The position numbers were made by a program, and so were the translations under genes. A stretch of DNA of 32,000 nt from Breznakia blatticola (GTDB lineage: Bacteria > Bacillota_I > Bacilli_A > Erysipelotrichales > Erysipelotrichaceae), in contig NZ_SODD01000007.1 in the NCBI RefSeq assembly GCF_004365815.1, positions 1 through 32,000 on the forward strand. The letters run 5' to 3'. This document shows, in pieces, positions 7,971 through 17,338 of this stretch (position 1 is its first letter; each line of letters begins with the position of its first letter). The notes below the pieces were generated by a model. It ran no database searches. It was not told where the DNA came from and was given only the letters and a program-made list of their open reading frames with translations.

Positions 7971-8013
7971 AAAATGTACCTATTGGTTAAAAAAAGCCGG
8001 TAGGTACATTTTT
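7971..8013. terminator. Bidirectional terminator between convergent genes
   Basis: AAAATGTACCTA ... TAGGTACATTTT 12-bp stem, with a T-run downstream on both strands. Confidence 0.65.
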
Positions 8014-8044
8014 GTGTATTTATTACTTTGTGGCTTGCTTGCTG

Positions 8045-8617
8045 TTAATTGAACTGGATTGAGTCAATAGTAGATGAATCACTATCAATATAGAAGCGTA
8101 CAGTTCCGCTGTCTGTTTTCAATTCAGCTCTAGCGCTTCCATCAATTTGAAGTGGTTTTTCTTGATCCAACCATTCAGCAAGTAAGTCTTCATCGATATC
8201 ACGAATATCAACTCCATTGTAGAAGAATGTATCTGCTCCAACTACATGTGTGCGGTAGTCGATCGTAAATGAAACGATCGTACCATTTTCAAGAGCGTTT
8301 TGGTATTCAGTTCCTACACTTCTTTCATCACCTAACCATGGTGTAGAAAGAGTGATGTCGATTGAAGAATACCCATCATCATACATTACATCAAAAGTCA
8401 CAGTTTTGTCAGTCTTGTGAATTTTCCCTGAATACATATATGCAGTAGATGGTGTTAATTCTTTTAATGTATCAATGGTTTGTGTCCCATCAAATACAAT
8501 ATTGTTTCCTTTGATTGTTAGTACGTTAGGAAAAATCTTCGCTTCCTTTTCTGCTGGCGTGCTTTGACAAACGCAAAGCATACATGTTGTTAATAATACT
8601 GTAATTAATTTTTTCAT
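8045..8617 (-). CDS. Hypothetical lipoprotein
   Basis: 190 aa. MKKLITVLLTTCMLCVCQS looks like a signal peptide with lipobox-like Cys residues. An RBS, AAGGAAAC, precedes the ATG. I recognise no family. Confidence 0.6.
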   Translation of the reverse strand: MKKLITVLLTTCMLCVCQSTPAEKEAKIFPNVLTIKGNNIVFDGTQTIDTLKELTPSTAYMYSGKIHKTDKTVTFDVMYDDGYSSIDITLSTPWLGDERSVGTEYQNALENGTIVSFTIDYRTHVVGADTFFYNGVDIRDIDEDLLAEWLDQEKPLQIDGSARAELKTDSGTVRFYIDSDSSTIDSIQFN

Positions 8618-8650
8618 AGTTTCCTTATTTTTAACTTTTAGCGTCAGAAG

Positions 8651-8684
8651 TCGCCCACTTCAACGGCGATAAGTAAGTGGGTGA
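8651..8684 (+). repeat. IS left-end subterminal hairpin
   Basis: TCGCCCACTT-(14 nt)-AAGTGGGTGA, a 10-bp stem with one G-U pair. Confidence 0.55.
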
Positions 8685-8767
8685 TGAATGACACCTTATG
8701 TCTTTATTAACACAAATAAATGACTCCTTTGTTTCAAGCAGTAAGGCGAATTATTGTGTGATAATTA

Positions 8768-8796
8768 TTGTTGGTGATATTCCTACATGGTATAAT
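8768..8796 (+). promoter_or_regulatory. Candidate tnpA promoter inside the IS left end (TTGTTG-17-TGgTATAAT)
   Basis: -35 TTGTTG at 8768-8773, a 17-nt spacer ending in an extended -10 TG, and TATAAT at 8791-8796. Confidence 0.5.
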
Positions 8797-8837
8797 CAGT
8801 ATGAAGGATATATCATTCTACATTAGAGGTTATATAT

Positions 8838-9239
8838 ATGATAAAACTAGATAATAATAATCATTCGGTGTTCGCACTATATTACCATCTAATCCTTACA
8901 ACTAAGTACCGTAGAGAAGTAATCGATGAAACTATCGCTAAGGAATTAGAGAACCACTTTATTCGAATTGCTAAAAACTACCATATCAAGTTGCAAGAAC
9001 TCAACTTTGAAACAGATCATGTGCATATTTTGTTTAAAGCACATCCCAACAGTGAACTTTCTAAGTTTCTAAATGCTTATAAATCTGCTAGTTCTCGTTT
9101 GGTAAAGAAAGAACACCCAGAAATCAAAGACAAACTATGGAAGGAAATGTTTTGGTCAAAAACATTTTGCTTACTAACAACTGGTGGTGTCACAATTGAC
9201 ACAATAAAGGAGTATATTGAAAAACAAGGAGAAGCATAA
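8838..9239 (+). CDS. tnpA: IS200/IS605 Y1 (HUH) transposase TnpA
   Basis: 133 aa. It has the HUH motif (DHVHILF), a C-terminal Tyr in IKEYIEKQ, and the typical N-terminus VFALYYHLILTTKYRR. Confidence 0.9.
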   Translation: MIKLDNNNHSVFALYYHLILTTKYRREVIDETIAKELENHFIRIAKNYHIKLQELNFETDHVHILFKAHPNSELSKFLNAYKSASSRLVKKEHPEIKDKLWKEMFWSKTFCLLTTGGVTIDTIKEYIEKQGEA

Positions 9240-9250
9240 GTTATCCACCT

Positions 9251-10378
9251 ATGAAACAAGTGAAAAAAGCATTCGTATATCGTATCTATCCAAATGACTT
9301 GCAAAAAGAAATGTTTGCGAAGACTTTTGGTTGTGCTCGTAAGATATGGAATTTGATGTTAGATGATCGAATCAACAGTTACAAGCAGTACCACGAAGAT
9401 GCTACGCCAATAAAAGAAACAACACCAGCAATGTATAAGAAAGATTATCCCTATCTTAAAGAAGTGGATAGTTTGGCACTGGCTAATGAACAAATGCATC
9501 TACGTCGTGCGTTTACAAATTTCTATCGTAATTCAAAGACTGTAGGTTATCCAAAGTTCAAAAGTAAGAATCGTAATCGAAACAGTTATACGACAAATAA
9601 TCAAAATGGGACGATTGCCATTATTGATAAACAAGGAATCAAACTACCAAAGGTTGGTGTAGTTTCGATGGACTATCATCGTGAACATACAGGAAAGATA
9701 AAGAGTGCAACAGTTAGTCAAGATGCAACTGGTGCCTATTATGTAGCCATCCTATGTGAAACAGAAGTAGAGGCATTTGCAAAAACAAATAGTAGCATAG
9801 GTGTTGATATGGGTATACATCACTACGTTGTTCTTTCTGATGGTACCAAGATTGAAAACCCAAAGTATTTAAAAAAAGATATGCAACGACTACAGAAATT
9901 ACAACGCAAACTTAGTCGAAAAGCTGAAATCGCAAAAGCCAAAGGTATTAAATTAGAAGATGCTAAGAATTATCAAAAATTAAAAATAACCATTGCTCGA
10001 TTGCATAAACGCATTTATAATCGACGTCATGATTTTTTACATAAATTATCAACCTATCTCATCAAAAACCACGATGTAATTTGTGTTGAAAAACTAAGTG
10101 TAAAGAAGATGTTAGAAAGTCATTTAGCACAAGCAATCACAGATGCAGGTTGGACAAAATTTCTTGCTTTACTAAAATACAAGGCAGAATGGTATGGAAA
10201 GTCAATCAAAGAAGTCGAGCCATACTATCCATCTACACAGATATGTCATGTCTGTGGGAGTAAGGAATCAAAAAAAGCGCTCCACATAAGAGAATGGGAG
10301 TGCAGTAGTTGTCATAGTTATCATGACCGTGATATCAATGCAGCAATGAATATCCATCAACATGGACTAGCTATATAA
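9251..10378 (+). CDS. tnpB: TnpB (IS605 OrfB) RNA-guided RuvC-type endonuclease
   Basis: 375 aa. The N-terminus is KAFVYRIYPN. RuvC-I is IGVDMGI, RuvC-II is VICVEKLS and RuvC-III is HDRDINAAMNI. The zinc finger is CHVCGS...CSSCHSYH. All catalytic residues appear intact. Confidence 0.9.
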   Translation: MKQVKKAFVYRIYPNDLQKEMFAKTFGCARKIWNLMLDDRINSYKQYHEDATPIKETTPAMYKKDYPYLKEVDSLALANEQMHLRRAFTNFYRNSKTVGYPKFKSKNRNRNSYTTNNQNGTIAIIDKQGIKLPKVGVVSMDYHREHTGKIKSATVSQDATGAYYVAILCETEVEAFAKTNSSIGVDMGIHHYVVLSDGTKIENPKYLKKDMQRLQKLQRKLSRKAEIAKAKGIKLEDAKNYQKLKITIARLHKRIYNRRHDFLHKLSTYLIKNHDVICVEKLSVKKMLESHLAQAITDAGWTKFLALLKYKAEWYGKSIKEVEPYYPSTQICHVCGSKESKKALHIREWECSSCHSYHDRDINAAMNIHQHGLAI

Positions 10379-10520
10379 TTGAATAAAACACAATAAGGTC
10401 TAGGAACAGACCTGTGGGGTATATAGGAGCAACCGCTGATACAATATCAAGTACACTCTGTTTCCACGAAGCTCACACTTTAAATCGTTAGATTAAGTGG
10501 GGGTAGTTCACCACGAGATA
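10340..10520 (+). ncRNA. Candidate omega-RNA (reRNA) scaffold of TnpB; extent guessed
   Basis: In characterised IS200/IS605 TnpB systems the guide RNA scaffold spans the tnpB 3' end and the right end. Local hairpins are visible here (GGTCT-AGGAAC-AGACC at about 10397-10413, plus the right-end hairpin). I could not run a covariance model. Confidence 0.35.
10472..10503 (+). repeat. IS right-end subterminal hairpin
   Basis: CTCACACTT-(14 nt)-AAGTGGGGG, an imperfect 9-bp stem. The loop length and AAGTGGG arm match the left-end hairpin. Confidence 0.5.
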
Positions 10521-10664
10521 TATCATATCGAAATGACATTTATAAAGTCAAGTTGATTTCATTTAGTAACTTACATATATAGTTAGAAAAATATCGATAT
10601 TTTTGTGAATGTATAGTCCAAAAAAGATTCATAAAAAAGACTAAAAAAATAATCAAGAAAATGC

Positions 10665-10693
10665 TTGCAAACCCAGTATTATAGGGTTATAAT
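10665..10693 (+). promoter_or_regulatory. Main S10-operon sigma-A promoter (TTGCAA-17-TATAAT) with an A-tract upstream region
   Basis: TTGCAA at 10665-10670, a 17-nt spacer and TATAAT at 10688-10693. Repeated A5-7 tracts at about 10620-10660 resemble an UP element. Confidence 0.7.
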
Positions 10694-10699
10694 ACTAAC

Positions 10700-10816
10700 C
10701 GTGACCGCAATGAAGTGCGAGGTTGCTGACACACCGATACCCGTTGTCATGAGGTGGTGTGTTGGGGAATTCACATGGAGCGAGTCTATAGTTCATATAG
10801 ATGAAAGGAGAACATC
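10700..10816 (+). promoter_or_regulatory. Structured 5' leader of the S10 operon (candidate r-protein autoregulatory leader)
   Basis: Leader of about 117 nt with several possible helices (CACACC...GGTGTG, and TCTATA-GTTCA-TATAGA just upstream of the AAAGGAG SD). The 60-aa ORF called here is not credible as a gene. Confidence 0.3.
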
Positions 10817-11128
10817 ATGGCAAAAAACAGTGTACGTATTAGACTAAAAGCGTATGAACACAGAATCTTAGATGCATCTGCAGAAAAGATCGTGAAATCA
10901 GCACAATCTCACGGTGCGAAGAAAGTCGTTGGTCCAGTTCCACTACCAACTGAAAAACAAGTGGTAACAATTTTGAGAGCGGTACATAAGTACAAAGACT
11001 CACGTGAACAATTCGAAGTTAGAACGCACAAGCGTTTAATCGAAATCGTTGGGCCAACTGCTGAAACAATTGATTCTTTACAAAGATTAGAATTGCCAAG
11101 CGGAGTGGACATCGAAATTAAATTATAG
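10817..11128 (+). CDS. rpsJ: 30S ribosomal protein S10
   Basis: [14 protein letters not shown]...[35 protein letters not shown]. First gene of the operon. Confidence 0.97.
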   Translation: MAKNSVRIRLKAYEHRILDASAEKIVKSAQSHGAKKVVGPVPLPTEKQVVTILRAVHKYKDSREQFEVRTHKRLIEIVGPTAETIDSLQRLELPSGVDIEIKL

Positions 11129-11140
11129 GAGGTGAAAACT

Positions 11141-11884
11141 ATGAAAGGTATTTTAGGACGTAAAATTGGAATGACTCAAGTTTTCACTGAAGACGGAGTT
11201 CTTATTCCGGTAACTGTAGTTGAAGCTACACCAAACGTAGTACTACAAAAGAAAACAGTGGAAAACGATGGATACGAAGCTGTGCAATTAGGGTTTGAAG
11301 ATGTTAAAGAACAAAGAGCTACAAAAGCTAGCAAAGGGCACGCTGCAAAAGTAAACACAGCACCTAAGAAATTTGTTCGTGAATTCCGCGGAAGCGACAT
11401 GGCTGACTTAGAATTAGGTTCTGCTGTTAGCGTTTCAATCTTTGAAGCAGGAGACATCGTTGATGTAACTGGTACTTCAAAAGGTAAAGGGTTCATGGGA
11501 ACAGTTGTTCGTAACAACGCAAAAATTGGTCCAAAATCTCACGGTTCTGGACACCACCGTCACATCGGTTCATTAGCTACTGGAGGGATTACGTCTCGTA
11601 AAGGGAAAATCGACAAAGGTACAGTTATGGCTGGACAAGAAGGTGGATACAAAACAACAAACCAAAACTTAGAAATTATCGAAGTTAATGAAGCTGGTAA
11701 CTACCTATTAATTAAAGGTAACGTGCCTGGACCTAAAAAAGGGTTTGTTATGGTAAAAGCCGCAGTTAAAAAAGACAAAACAGAAGCAAAAACATTAATT
11801 TCTTACGAAGTTGAAGAAGAAGTTAAAGCAGAAGCTTTAGTTGAAGAACAAGCTGTAGAAGCTAGTGAAGCAAAGGAGGCGTAG
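11141..11884 (+). CDS. rplC: 50S ribosomal protein L3 (with an acidic C-terminal extension)
   Basis: [15 protein letters not shown] is the canonical L3 N-terminus. The ATG at 11141 lies 8 nt after AGGAGG, whereas the ORF track starts at a GTG at 11132. The last ~38 aa are E/A/K-rich and have no counterpart in Bacillus or E. coli L3 as I recall them. Confidence 0.95.
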   Translation: MKGILGRKIGMTQVFTEDGVLIPVTVVEATPNVVLQKKTVENDGYEAVQLGFEDVKEQRATKASKGHAAKVNTAPKKFVREFRGSDMADLELGSAVSVSIFEAGDIVDVTGTSKGKGFMGTVVRNNAKIGPKSHGSGHHRHIGSLATGGITSRKGKIDKGTVMAGQEGGYKTTNQNLEIIEVNEAGNYLLIKGNVPGPKKGFVMVKAAVKKDKTEAKTLISYEVEEEVKAEALVEEQAVEASEAKEA

Positions 11885-11887
11885 ACG

Positions 11888-12517
11888 ATGGCACAGATTA
11901 ATGTAATCAACCAAAAAGGTGATAAAGTTAAAGACATCGAATTAAACGATGCAATCTTTGGTATCGAACCAAACCAACAAGTAATCTTCGACGCGATCGT
12001 TATGCAACAAGCAAGCAAACGTCAAGGAACTGCTGACACGAAAAACCGTACGGAAGTTCGTGGTGGTGGACGTAAACCATGGCGTCAAAAAGGTACTGGA
12101 CGTGCGCGTCAAGGATCTATCCGTTCTCCTCAATGGAGAGGTGGAGGAATTGTATTCGGTCCAACACCAAGAAGTTACAAATATAACTTAAACAAAAAAG
12201 TTAGACGTTTAGCTTTAAAATCAGTATTATCTGAAAAAGCAATCGAAAAAGAAATTATCGTAGTTGATAAATTCGAATTAGCTGCTCCAAAAACTAAAGA
12301 TTTCAAAGAAATCATTACAAACATTGGTGCAGGAAGAAAAACATTATTCGTCGTTGATAGCTCAGAAGACTATGAAAATGCATTCTTATCATTACGTAAC
12401 ATTGACTCAATGAGTATGTTACTTGCTGATGGAATCAACGTTTACGATATCGTAAATGCAAACAAATTAGTATTCACAGAAGCTGCAATGAAAAAGGTTG
12501 AGGAGGTGCTTGGATAA
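11888..12517 (+). CDS. rplD: 50S ribosomal protein L4
   Basis: [37 protein letters not shown] is the L4 signature. Confidence 0.97.
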   Translation: MAQINVINQKGDKVKDIELNDAIFGIEPNQQVIFDAIVMQQASKRQGTADTKNRTEVRGGGRKPWRQKGTGRARQGSIRSPQWRGGGIVFGPTPRSYKYNLNKKVRRLALKSVLSEKAIEKEIIVVDKFELAAPKTKDFKEIITNIGAGRKTLFVVDSSEDYENAFLSLRNIDSMSMLLADGINVYDIVNANKLVFTEAAMKKVEEVLG

Positions 12518-12807
12518 TGAATAACGCTAGAGATATTATCATCCGTCCAATCATCACGGAAAAATCAATGAGATTTATGGATGCTGAAAACAAAATCACA
12601 TTCGAAGTTGCAAAAACTGCAAACAAGACTGCGGTTAAACAAGCAATCGAAGAAATCTTCAACGTTGATGTTGTTAAAGTTAACATTATGAACGTTAGAC
12701 CAAAAGCAAAACGTATGGGTAAATACGAAGGAAAAACAAAAGCAATTCGTAAAGCCATCGTTACAATTAAAGAAGGTCAAGAAATTAACTTATTCTCTGC
12801 TGAATAA
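12517..12807 (+). CDS. rplW: 50S ribosomal protein L23
   Basis: [12 protein letters not shown]...[20 protein letters not shown]. The start overlaps the rplD stop codon. Confidence 0.95.
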   Translation: MNNARDIIIRPIITEKSMRFMDAENKITFEVAKTANKTAVKQAIEEIFNVDVVKVNIMNVRPKAKRMGKYEGKTKAIRKAIVTIKEGQEINLFSAE

Positions 12808-12863
12808 GACGAGGAGATTCACGCTATTTCTCGGTAAAAAATGCGTTAGGAGGAACATGTTAA

Positions 12864-13697
12864 ATGGGTATTAAATTTTATAAACCAACCACACCTGGTC
12901 GTCGTGGTATGACAAGTTTAACGTTCGAAGAAATTACGAAAACAACTCCAGAAAAAAGTTTAACGGAAACGTTAAGTAAAAATTCTGGTCGTAACAACCA
13001 AGGACGTATTACTACTCGCCACAAAGGTGGAGGTCACAAAAGACTATACAGAATTATCGATTTCAAAAGAAACAAAGATGCAATTCCAGCAACTGTTGCT
13101 GCAATTGAATACGATCCAAACCGTTCAGCTAACATCGCGTTATTAAACTACGCTGATGGTGAAAAACGCTACATCCTTGCACCAAAAGGATTAGAAGTTG
13201 GAGCGAAAGTTGAATCAGGAAGCAACGCTGACATTAAAGTTGGTAATGCACTTCAAATGAAAGACATTCCAGAAGGTACAACTGTACACAACGTGGAAAT
13301 GAAACCTGGAAAAGGTGGACAACTTGCACGTAGTGCTGGATGTTCAGCGCAAATCCTTGGGTTTGAAGACAAATATGTAACATTACGTTTATCAAGTGGT
13401 GAAGTTCGTCGTGTAACTGCTGACTGTCGTGCAACAATCGGTGTTGTAGGAAACGAAGACCACAGCTTAGTAAATATTGGTAAAGCTGGTCGTTCACGCT
13501 GGAAAGGTGTTCGCCCAACAGTTCGTGGATCAGTAATGAACCCTAACGATCACCCTCATGGTGGTGGGGAAGGACGTACATCAATTGGACGTAAATCTCC
13601 AATGACACCTTGGGGTAAAAAAGCTATGGGTGTTGTTACTCGTAAAAAGAAAAATGCTTCGGACAAAATGATCGTTCGTCGTCGTAACAGTAAATAA
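12864..13697 (+). CDS. rplB: 50S ribosomal protein L2
   Basis: [11 protein letters not shown]...[18 protein letters not shown]...[14 protein letters not shown]. Confidence 0.98.
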   Translation: MGIKFYKPTTPGRRGMTSLTFEEITKTTPEKSLTETLSKNSGRNNQGRITTRHKGGGHKRLYRIIDFKRNKDAIPATVAAIEYDPNRSANIALLNYADGEKRYILAPKGLEVGAKVESGSNADIKVGNALQMKDIPEGTTVHNVEMKPGKGGQLARSAGCSAQILGFEDKYVTLRLSSGEVRRVTADCRATIGVVGNEDHSLVNIGKAGRSRWKGVRPTVRGSVMNPNDHPHGGGEGRTSIGRKSPMTPWGKKAMGVVTRKKKNASDKMIVRRRNSK

Positions 13698-13718
13698 GGC
13701 AAAGGAGGAACATGTTAA

Positions 13719-13991
13719 ATGAGTCGTAGTCTTAAAAAAGGACCATTCTGTGATGATCACTTAATGAAAAAAGTGGAAGCAGTTAACGCGTCTGGAAAAA
13801 AAGAAGTAATTAAAACTTGGTCTCGTAGATCAACAATCTTTCCACAATTCGTGGAACACACTTTTGCCGTTTACAATGGTAAAGAACACTTACCAGTTTA
13901 TGTTACAGAAGACATGGTAGGTCACAAATTAGGTGAATTCGTGCCAACGAGAAAATACTCTGGACACGGAAGCGATAAGAAAACGAAATAG
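13719..13991 (+). CDS. rpsS: 30S ribosomal protein S19
   Basis: [17 protein letters not shown]...[26 protein letters not shown]. Confidence 0.97.
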   Translation: MSRSLKKGPFCDDHLMKKVEAVNASGKKEVIKTWSRRSTIFPQFVEHTFAVYNGKEHLPVYVTEDMVGHKLGEFVPTRKYSGHGSDKKTK

Positions 13992-14005
13992 AGGAGGAAC
14001 TAACA

Positions 14006-14341
14006 ATGGAAGTTAAAGCAACAGCAAAAACTCTACGTATTCCACCAAGAAAAGCTAGATTAGTTTTAGATCTTATCCGTGGAAAAGATGTAGAAGAAGC
14101 AGCAGCTATCTTACGTTTTACACCAAACTTCGCTGCAGAAGCAGCTGGTAAAGTGTTAAACTCTGCCGTAGCAAACGCTGTAAACAATCACGATTTAAAT
14201 GAAGAAAAATTATTTGTAAAAGCATGTTATGCAGATGAAAGTGTTACATTAAAACGCTTCATGCCACGTGCTAAAGGATCTGCAAGTGCAATCCACAAAC
14301 GTACTAGTCACATCACAGTTGTTGTGGCGGAAAGAGATTAG
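14006..14341 (+). CDS. rplV: 50S ribosomal protein L22
   Basis: [18 protein letters not shown]...[32 protein letters not shown]. Confidence 0.97.
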   Translation: MEVKATAKTLRIPPRKARLVLDLIRGKDVEEAAAILRFTPNFAAEAAGKVLNSAVANAVNNHDLNEEKLFVKACYADESVTLKRFMPRAKGSASAIHKRTSHITVVVAERD

Positions 14342-14351
14342 GAGGTAACTC

Positions 14352-15164
14352 ATGGGTCAAAAAGTAAGTCCAATCGGATTACGAGTTGGTGTTATTAGAG
14401 ATTGGGAATCACGTTGGTTCGCAGAAAAAGATTACGCTGACTTATTGTTAGAAGATGTTAAAATCCGTGAATATTTATTCAAAGAACTTAAGAGTGCTCA
14501 AGTCTCTAAAGTTGAAATCGAAAGAACAAAAAGCCGTGTTGATGTAATCATCAAAACTGCAATGCCAGGTATGGTAATTGGTGGTAACGGTGGTGAAAAC
14601 GTTGAAAAACTGAAAAAAGCTTTAGTTAAGCTTACAAACGGTAAAAACGTATTCATCAAAGTACTAGAAATTGCTAACCCTTATTTAGATGCAAAATTGG
14701 TAGCTCGTAACATTGCTGACCAACTTGAAAACCGTGCATCATTTAGAACTGCACAAAAACGTGCAATTCAACAAACAATGCGTGCTGGGGCAAAAGGAAT
14801 CAAAACAATGGTTTCTGGTCGTCTTGGTGGAGCTGATATGGCTCGTAGCGAAGGATACTCTGAAGGAAACGTTCCTTTACATACACTTCGTGCTGACATC
14901 GATTACGCATGGGAAGAAGCTGCAACGACTTACGGTCGTTTAGGAGTTAAAGTTTGGATCTGCCGTGGTGAAGTATTACCAGGACAAATGGTTCAAGAAC
15001 CAGAAGCTCCAAAAGCTGACATGAGAGATCGTCGTCGTGGTGGACGTAACAACCGTGGTGGACGTAACGATAACCGTAACAACAACCGCAACCGTAACGC
15101 ACAACAAGCAAAACCAGCAACAGCAGCTGCACCTGCACCTGCTAAGACTGAAGGAGGTAATTAA
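14352..15164 (+). CDS. rpsC: 30S ribosomal protein S3 (with an Arg/Asn/Gly-rich C-terminal extension)
   Basis: [24 protein letters not shown] is the canonical N-terminus and the KH and S3-C domains are recognisable. The last ~50 aa ([25 protein letters not shown]...AAAPAPAK) are extra low-complexity sequence. Confidence 0.96.
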   Translation: MGQKVSPIGLRVGVIRDWESRWFAEKDYADLLLEDVKIREYLFKELKSAQVSKVEIERTKSRVDVIIKTAMPGMVIGGNGGENVEKLKKALVKLTNGKNVFIKVLEIANPYLDAKLVARNIADQLENRASFRTAQKRAIQQTMRAGAKGIKTMVSGRLGGADMARSEGYSEGNVPLHTLRADIDYAWEEAATTYGRLGVKVWICRGEVLPGQMVQEPEAPKADMRDRRRGGRNNRGGRNDNRNNNRNRNAQQAKPATAAAPAPAKTEGGN

Positions 15165-15166
15165 TT

Positions 15167-15580
15167 ATGTTAATGCCTAAAAGAACAAAATACCGTAGAC
15201 CACACCGTTTAAGCTATGAAGGTCGTGCAAAAGCAGGACGTGACATCGCATTCGGTGAATACGGATTAATGGCTGATAACGGTAACTACATCAGTAACCG
15301 TCAAATCGAGGCTGCTCGTATTGCCATGACACGTTACATGAAACGTGGTGGTAAGGTTTGGATCAAAATCTTCCCTCACTTAGCAAGAACAGCAAAACCT
15401 CTAGAAGTACGTATGGGTTCTGGGAAAGGTGCTCCAGATAGCTGGGTAGCAGTAGTTAAAGCCGGAACAATTATGTTTGAAATCGCTGGAGTTCCTGAAG
15501 AAGTTGCACGTGAAGCATTCCGTTTAGCAGCTCACAAACTTCCAGTAAAATGTAAATTCGTTAAGAAAGGAGAAAAGTAA
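15167..15580 (+). CDS. rplP: 50S ribosomal protein L16
   Basis: [14 protein letters not shown]...[26 protein letters not shown]. Confidence 0.97.
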   Translation: MLMPKRTKYRRPHRLSYEGRAKAGRDIAFGEYGLMADNGNYISNRQIEAARIAMTRYMKRGGKVWIKIFPHLARTAKPLEVRMGSGKGAPDSWVAVVKAGTIMFEIAGVPEEVAREAFRLAAHKLPVKCKFVKKGEK

Positions 15581-15583
15581 ACT

Positions 15584-15781
15584 ATGTTAGCTAAAGAAAT
15601 CAGAGAAAAAAGTAATGATGAATTACTAAAAGATATCGATACACTAAAAGAAGAACTTTTCAACCTTCGCTTTCAACAAGCAACAGGAGCATTAGAAAAC
15701 TCTGCTCGTATGAAAGATATTAAGAAAACAATTGCACGTATTAAGACAGTCATGGGCGAACGCGCTCGTGCTGCAGAATAG
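15584..15781 (+). CDS. rpmC: 50S ribosomal protein L29
   Basis: 65 aa. [43 protein letters not shown]. Confidence 0.95.
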   Translation: MLAKEIREKSNDELLKDIDTLKEELFNLRFQQATGALENSARMKDIKKTIARIKTVMGERARAAE

Positions 15782-15795
15782 GAGGATGTGCTGAT

Positions 15796-16056
15796 ATGGA
15801 AAGAAACGCTCGTAAAGTACTTCGTGGTACAGTAGTGTCTGACAAAATGGACAAGACAATTACAGTTCTTGTAGAAACAAAGAAAACGCATCCTTTATAT
15901 GGGAAACGTGTAAAATATTCAAAAAAGTTTAAAGCACATGATGCTAACAACGAAGCTAAAATCGGAGATAAAGTACTAATTATGGAAACTCGTCCATTAA
16001 GTGCTACAAAACGTTTCCGTTTAGTTGAAATCGTTGAAAAAGCAGTCGTGTTATAG
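15796..16056 (+). CDS. rpsQ: 30S ribosomal protein S17
   Basis: [23 protein letters not shown]...[18 protein letters not shown]...[13 protein letters not shown]. Confidence 0.96.
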   Translation: MERNARKVLRGTVVSDKMDKTITVLVETKKTHPLYGKRVKYSKKFKAHDANNEAKIGDKVLIMETRPLSATKRFRLVEIVEKAVVL

Positions 16057-16074
16057 GTCTAGGAGGGTAATTTT

Positions 16075-16443
16075 ATGATTCAAAATGAAAGTAGATTACG
16101 CGTAGCGGACAACACGGGTGCTAAAGAAGTTTTGGTTATTCGTAACTTAGGAGGATCAAAACGTAAATTCTCTAACATCGGTGATATCGTTGTATGTACT
16201 GTTAAACAAGCGACTCCAGGTGGAACTGTTAAAAAAGGTGACGTTGTAAAAGCCGTTATCGTTCGTACAGTTTACGGAATCCGTAGAGAAAATGGAACAT
16301 ACATCAAGTTCGATGACAACGCAGTAGTAATTATTAAAGATGACAACACACCACGTGGTACTCGTATTTTTGGACCAGTGGCTCGTGAACTTCGTGAGAA
16401 AGACTTTATGAAAATAGTGTCTTTAGCTCCGGAAGTACTATAA
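16075..16443 (+). CDS. rplN: 50S ribosomal protein L14
   Basis: [23 protein letters not shown]...[26 protein letters not shown]. Confidence 0.98.
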   Translation: MIQNESRLRVADNTGAKEVLVIRNLGGSKRKFSNIGDIVVCTVKQATPGGTVKKGDVVKAVIVRTVYGIRRENGTYIKFDDNAVVIIKDDNTPRGTRIFGPVARELREKDFMKIVSLAPEVL

Positions 16444-16456
16444 AGGAGGTATCTTT

Positions 16457-16765
16457 GTGAAAATCAAAAAAGGTGATAAGGTTCAAGTTATTACAGGATC
16501 TGACAAAGGTACTGTAGCTGAAGTTAAAAAAGTTTTCCCTAAAGAAAACAAAGTAATCGTTGAAGGTGTTAACATGAAGAAAAAACACTTGAAACCAACA
16601 CAAGAACAACCTGAAGGTGGAATTGCTGAATTCGAACACCCAATTCACGTTTCAAACGTAATGGCGTACGATGCAAAAGCAAAAAAAGCTTCTCGTATTC
16701 AATATAAAGTTGAAAAAGGCGAAAAAGTTCGCGTTTACGCTAAGAGCGGAAAAGCTGTAAAGTAG
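16457..16765 (+). CDS. rplX: 50S ribosomal protein L24
   Basis: GTG start 7-8 nt after [25 protein letters not shown] is a KOW motif. Confidence 0.95.
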   Translation: MKIKKGDKVQVITGSDKGTVAEVKKVFPKENKVIVEGVNMKKKHLKPTQEQPEGGIAEFEHPIHVSNVMAYDAKAKKASRIQYKVEKGEKVRVYAKSGKAVK

Positions 16766-16777
16766 GAGGAACAACTT

Positions 16778-17338
16778 ATGGAAAATAATGCATTATATGA
16801 CAAATACATTAAAGAAGTTAGTCCTGCTTTAATGAAAAAATTTGAATACAAATCAGCAATGGAAGTACCAAAGATTGATAAAATTGTATTAAACATTGGA
16901 CTAGGTGAAGCAGTAGCTAACCCTAAAGTGTTAGATGAAGCAGTAGCTGAGTTAACACAAATCACTGGTTTAAAACCAGTCGTTACAAAAGCGAAAAAAT
17001 CAATTGCCAACTATAAATTAAGAGAAGGTATGCCAATTGGTGCTAAAGTTACATTACGTGGAGAAAAGATGTATGACTTCTTATACAAATTAGTTAACCT
17101 TACACTTCCTCGTGTACGTGACTTCCGTGGAGTTTCAACATCTGCATTTGATGGACGTGGAAACTACACATTAGGGATTAAAGAACAAATTATCTTCCCT
17201 GAAATCAACTATGATAAAGTAAACAAACTTCGTGGTATGGATGTTGTAATTGTTACAACTGCTAAAACTAACGAAGAAGCAAAAGAATTATTAACTGAAA
17301 TGGGTATGCCTTTCAGAAAACAAGGAGGACAACACTAA
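16778..17338 (+). CDS. rplE: 50S ribosomal protein L5
   Basis: [16 protein letters not shown]...[17 protein letters not shown]...LPRVRDFRG...[16 protein letters not shown]. Confidence 0.97.
   Translation: MENNALYDKYIKEVSPALMKKFEYKSAMEVPKIDKIVLNIGLGEAVANPKVLDEAVAELTQITGLKPVVTKAKKSIANYKLREGMPIGAKVTLRGEKMYDFLYKLVNLTLPRVRDFRGVSTSAFDGRGNYTLGIKEQIIFPEINYDKVNKLRGMDVVIVTTAKTNEEAKELLTEMGMPFRKQGGQH

Larger units (their letters stand above)
8630..10520 (+). mobile_element. IS200/IS605-family insertion sequence (tnpA + tnpB); ends approximate
   Basis: A Y1 HUH transposase and a TnpB gene lie in tandem, flanked by related subterminal imperfect hairpins (CCCACTT...AAGTGGG on the left, CACACTT...AAGTGGGGG on the right). 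This family makes no inverted repeats or target duplications, so exact ends cannot be read from one copy. Confidence 0.8.

Noticed and set aside
8618-8665. A possible outward-facing hybrid promoter for the lipoprotein gene formed by the IS left end (minus strand TTGAAG-17-TAAAAG).
   Set aside because: The -10 hexamer lacks the invariant final T and matches only 4 of 6 positions. It is too weak to call without 5'-end data.
10665-10847. A 60-aa ORF spanning the S10 promoter, the leader and the first codons of rpsJ.
   Set aside because: It starts inside the -35 element, has no RBS, and overlaps rpsJ out of frame. The region is better explained as a promoter plus an untranslated structured leader.
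11132-11140. The GTG start for rplC given in the ORF track.
   Set aside because: The GTG is part of the SD region (AGGAGGTG). The ATG at 11141 gives the canonical [14 protein letters not shown]-terminus with proper SD spacing.
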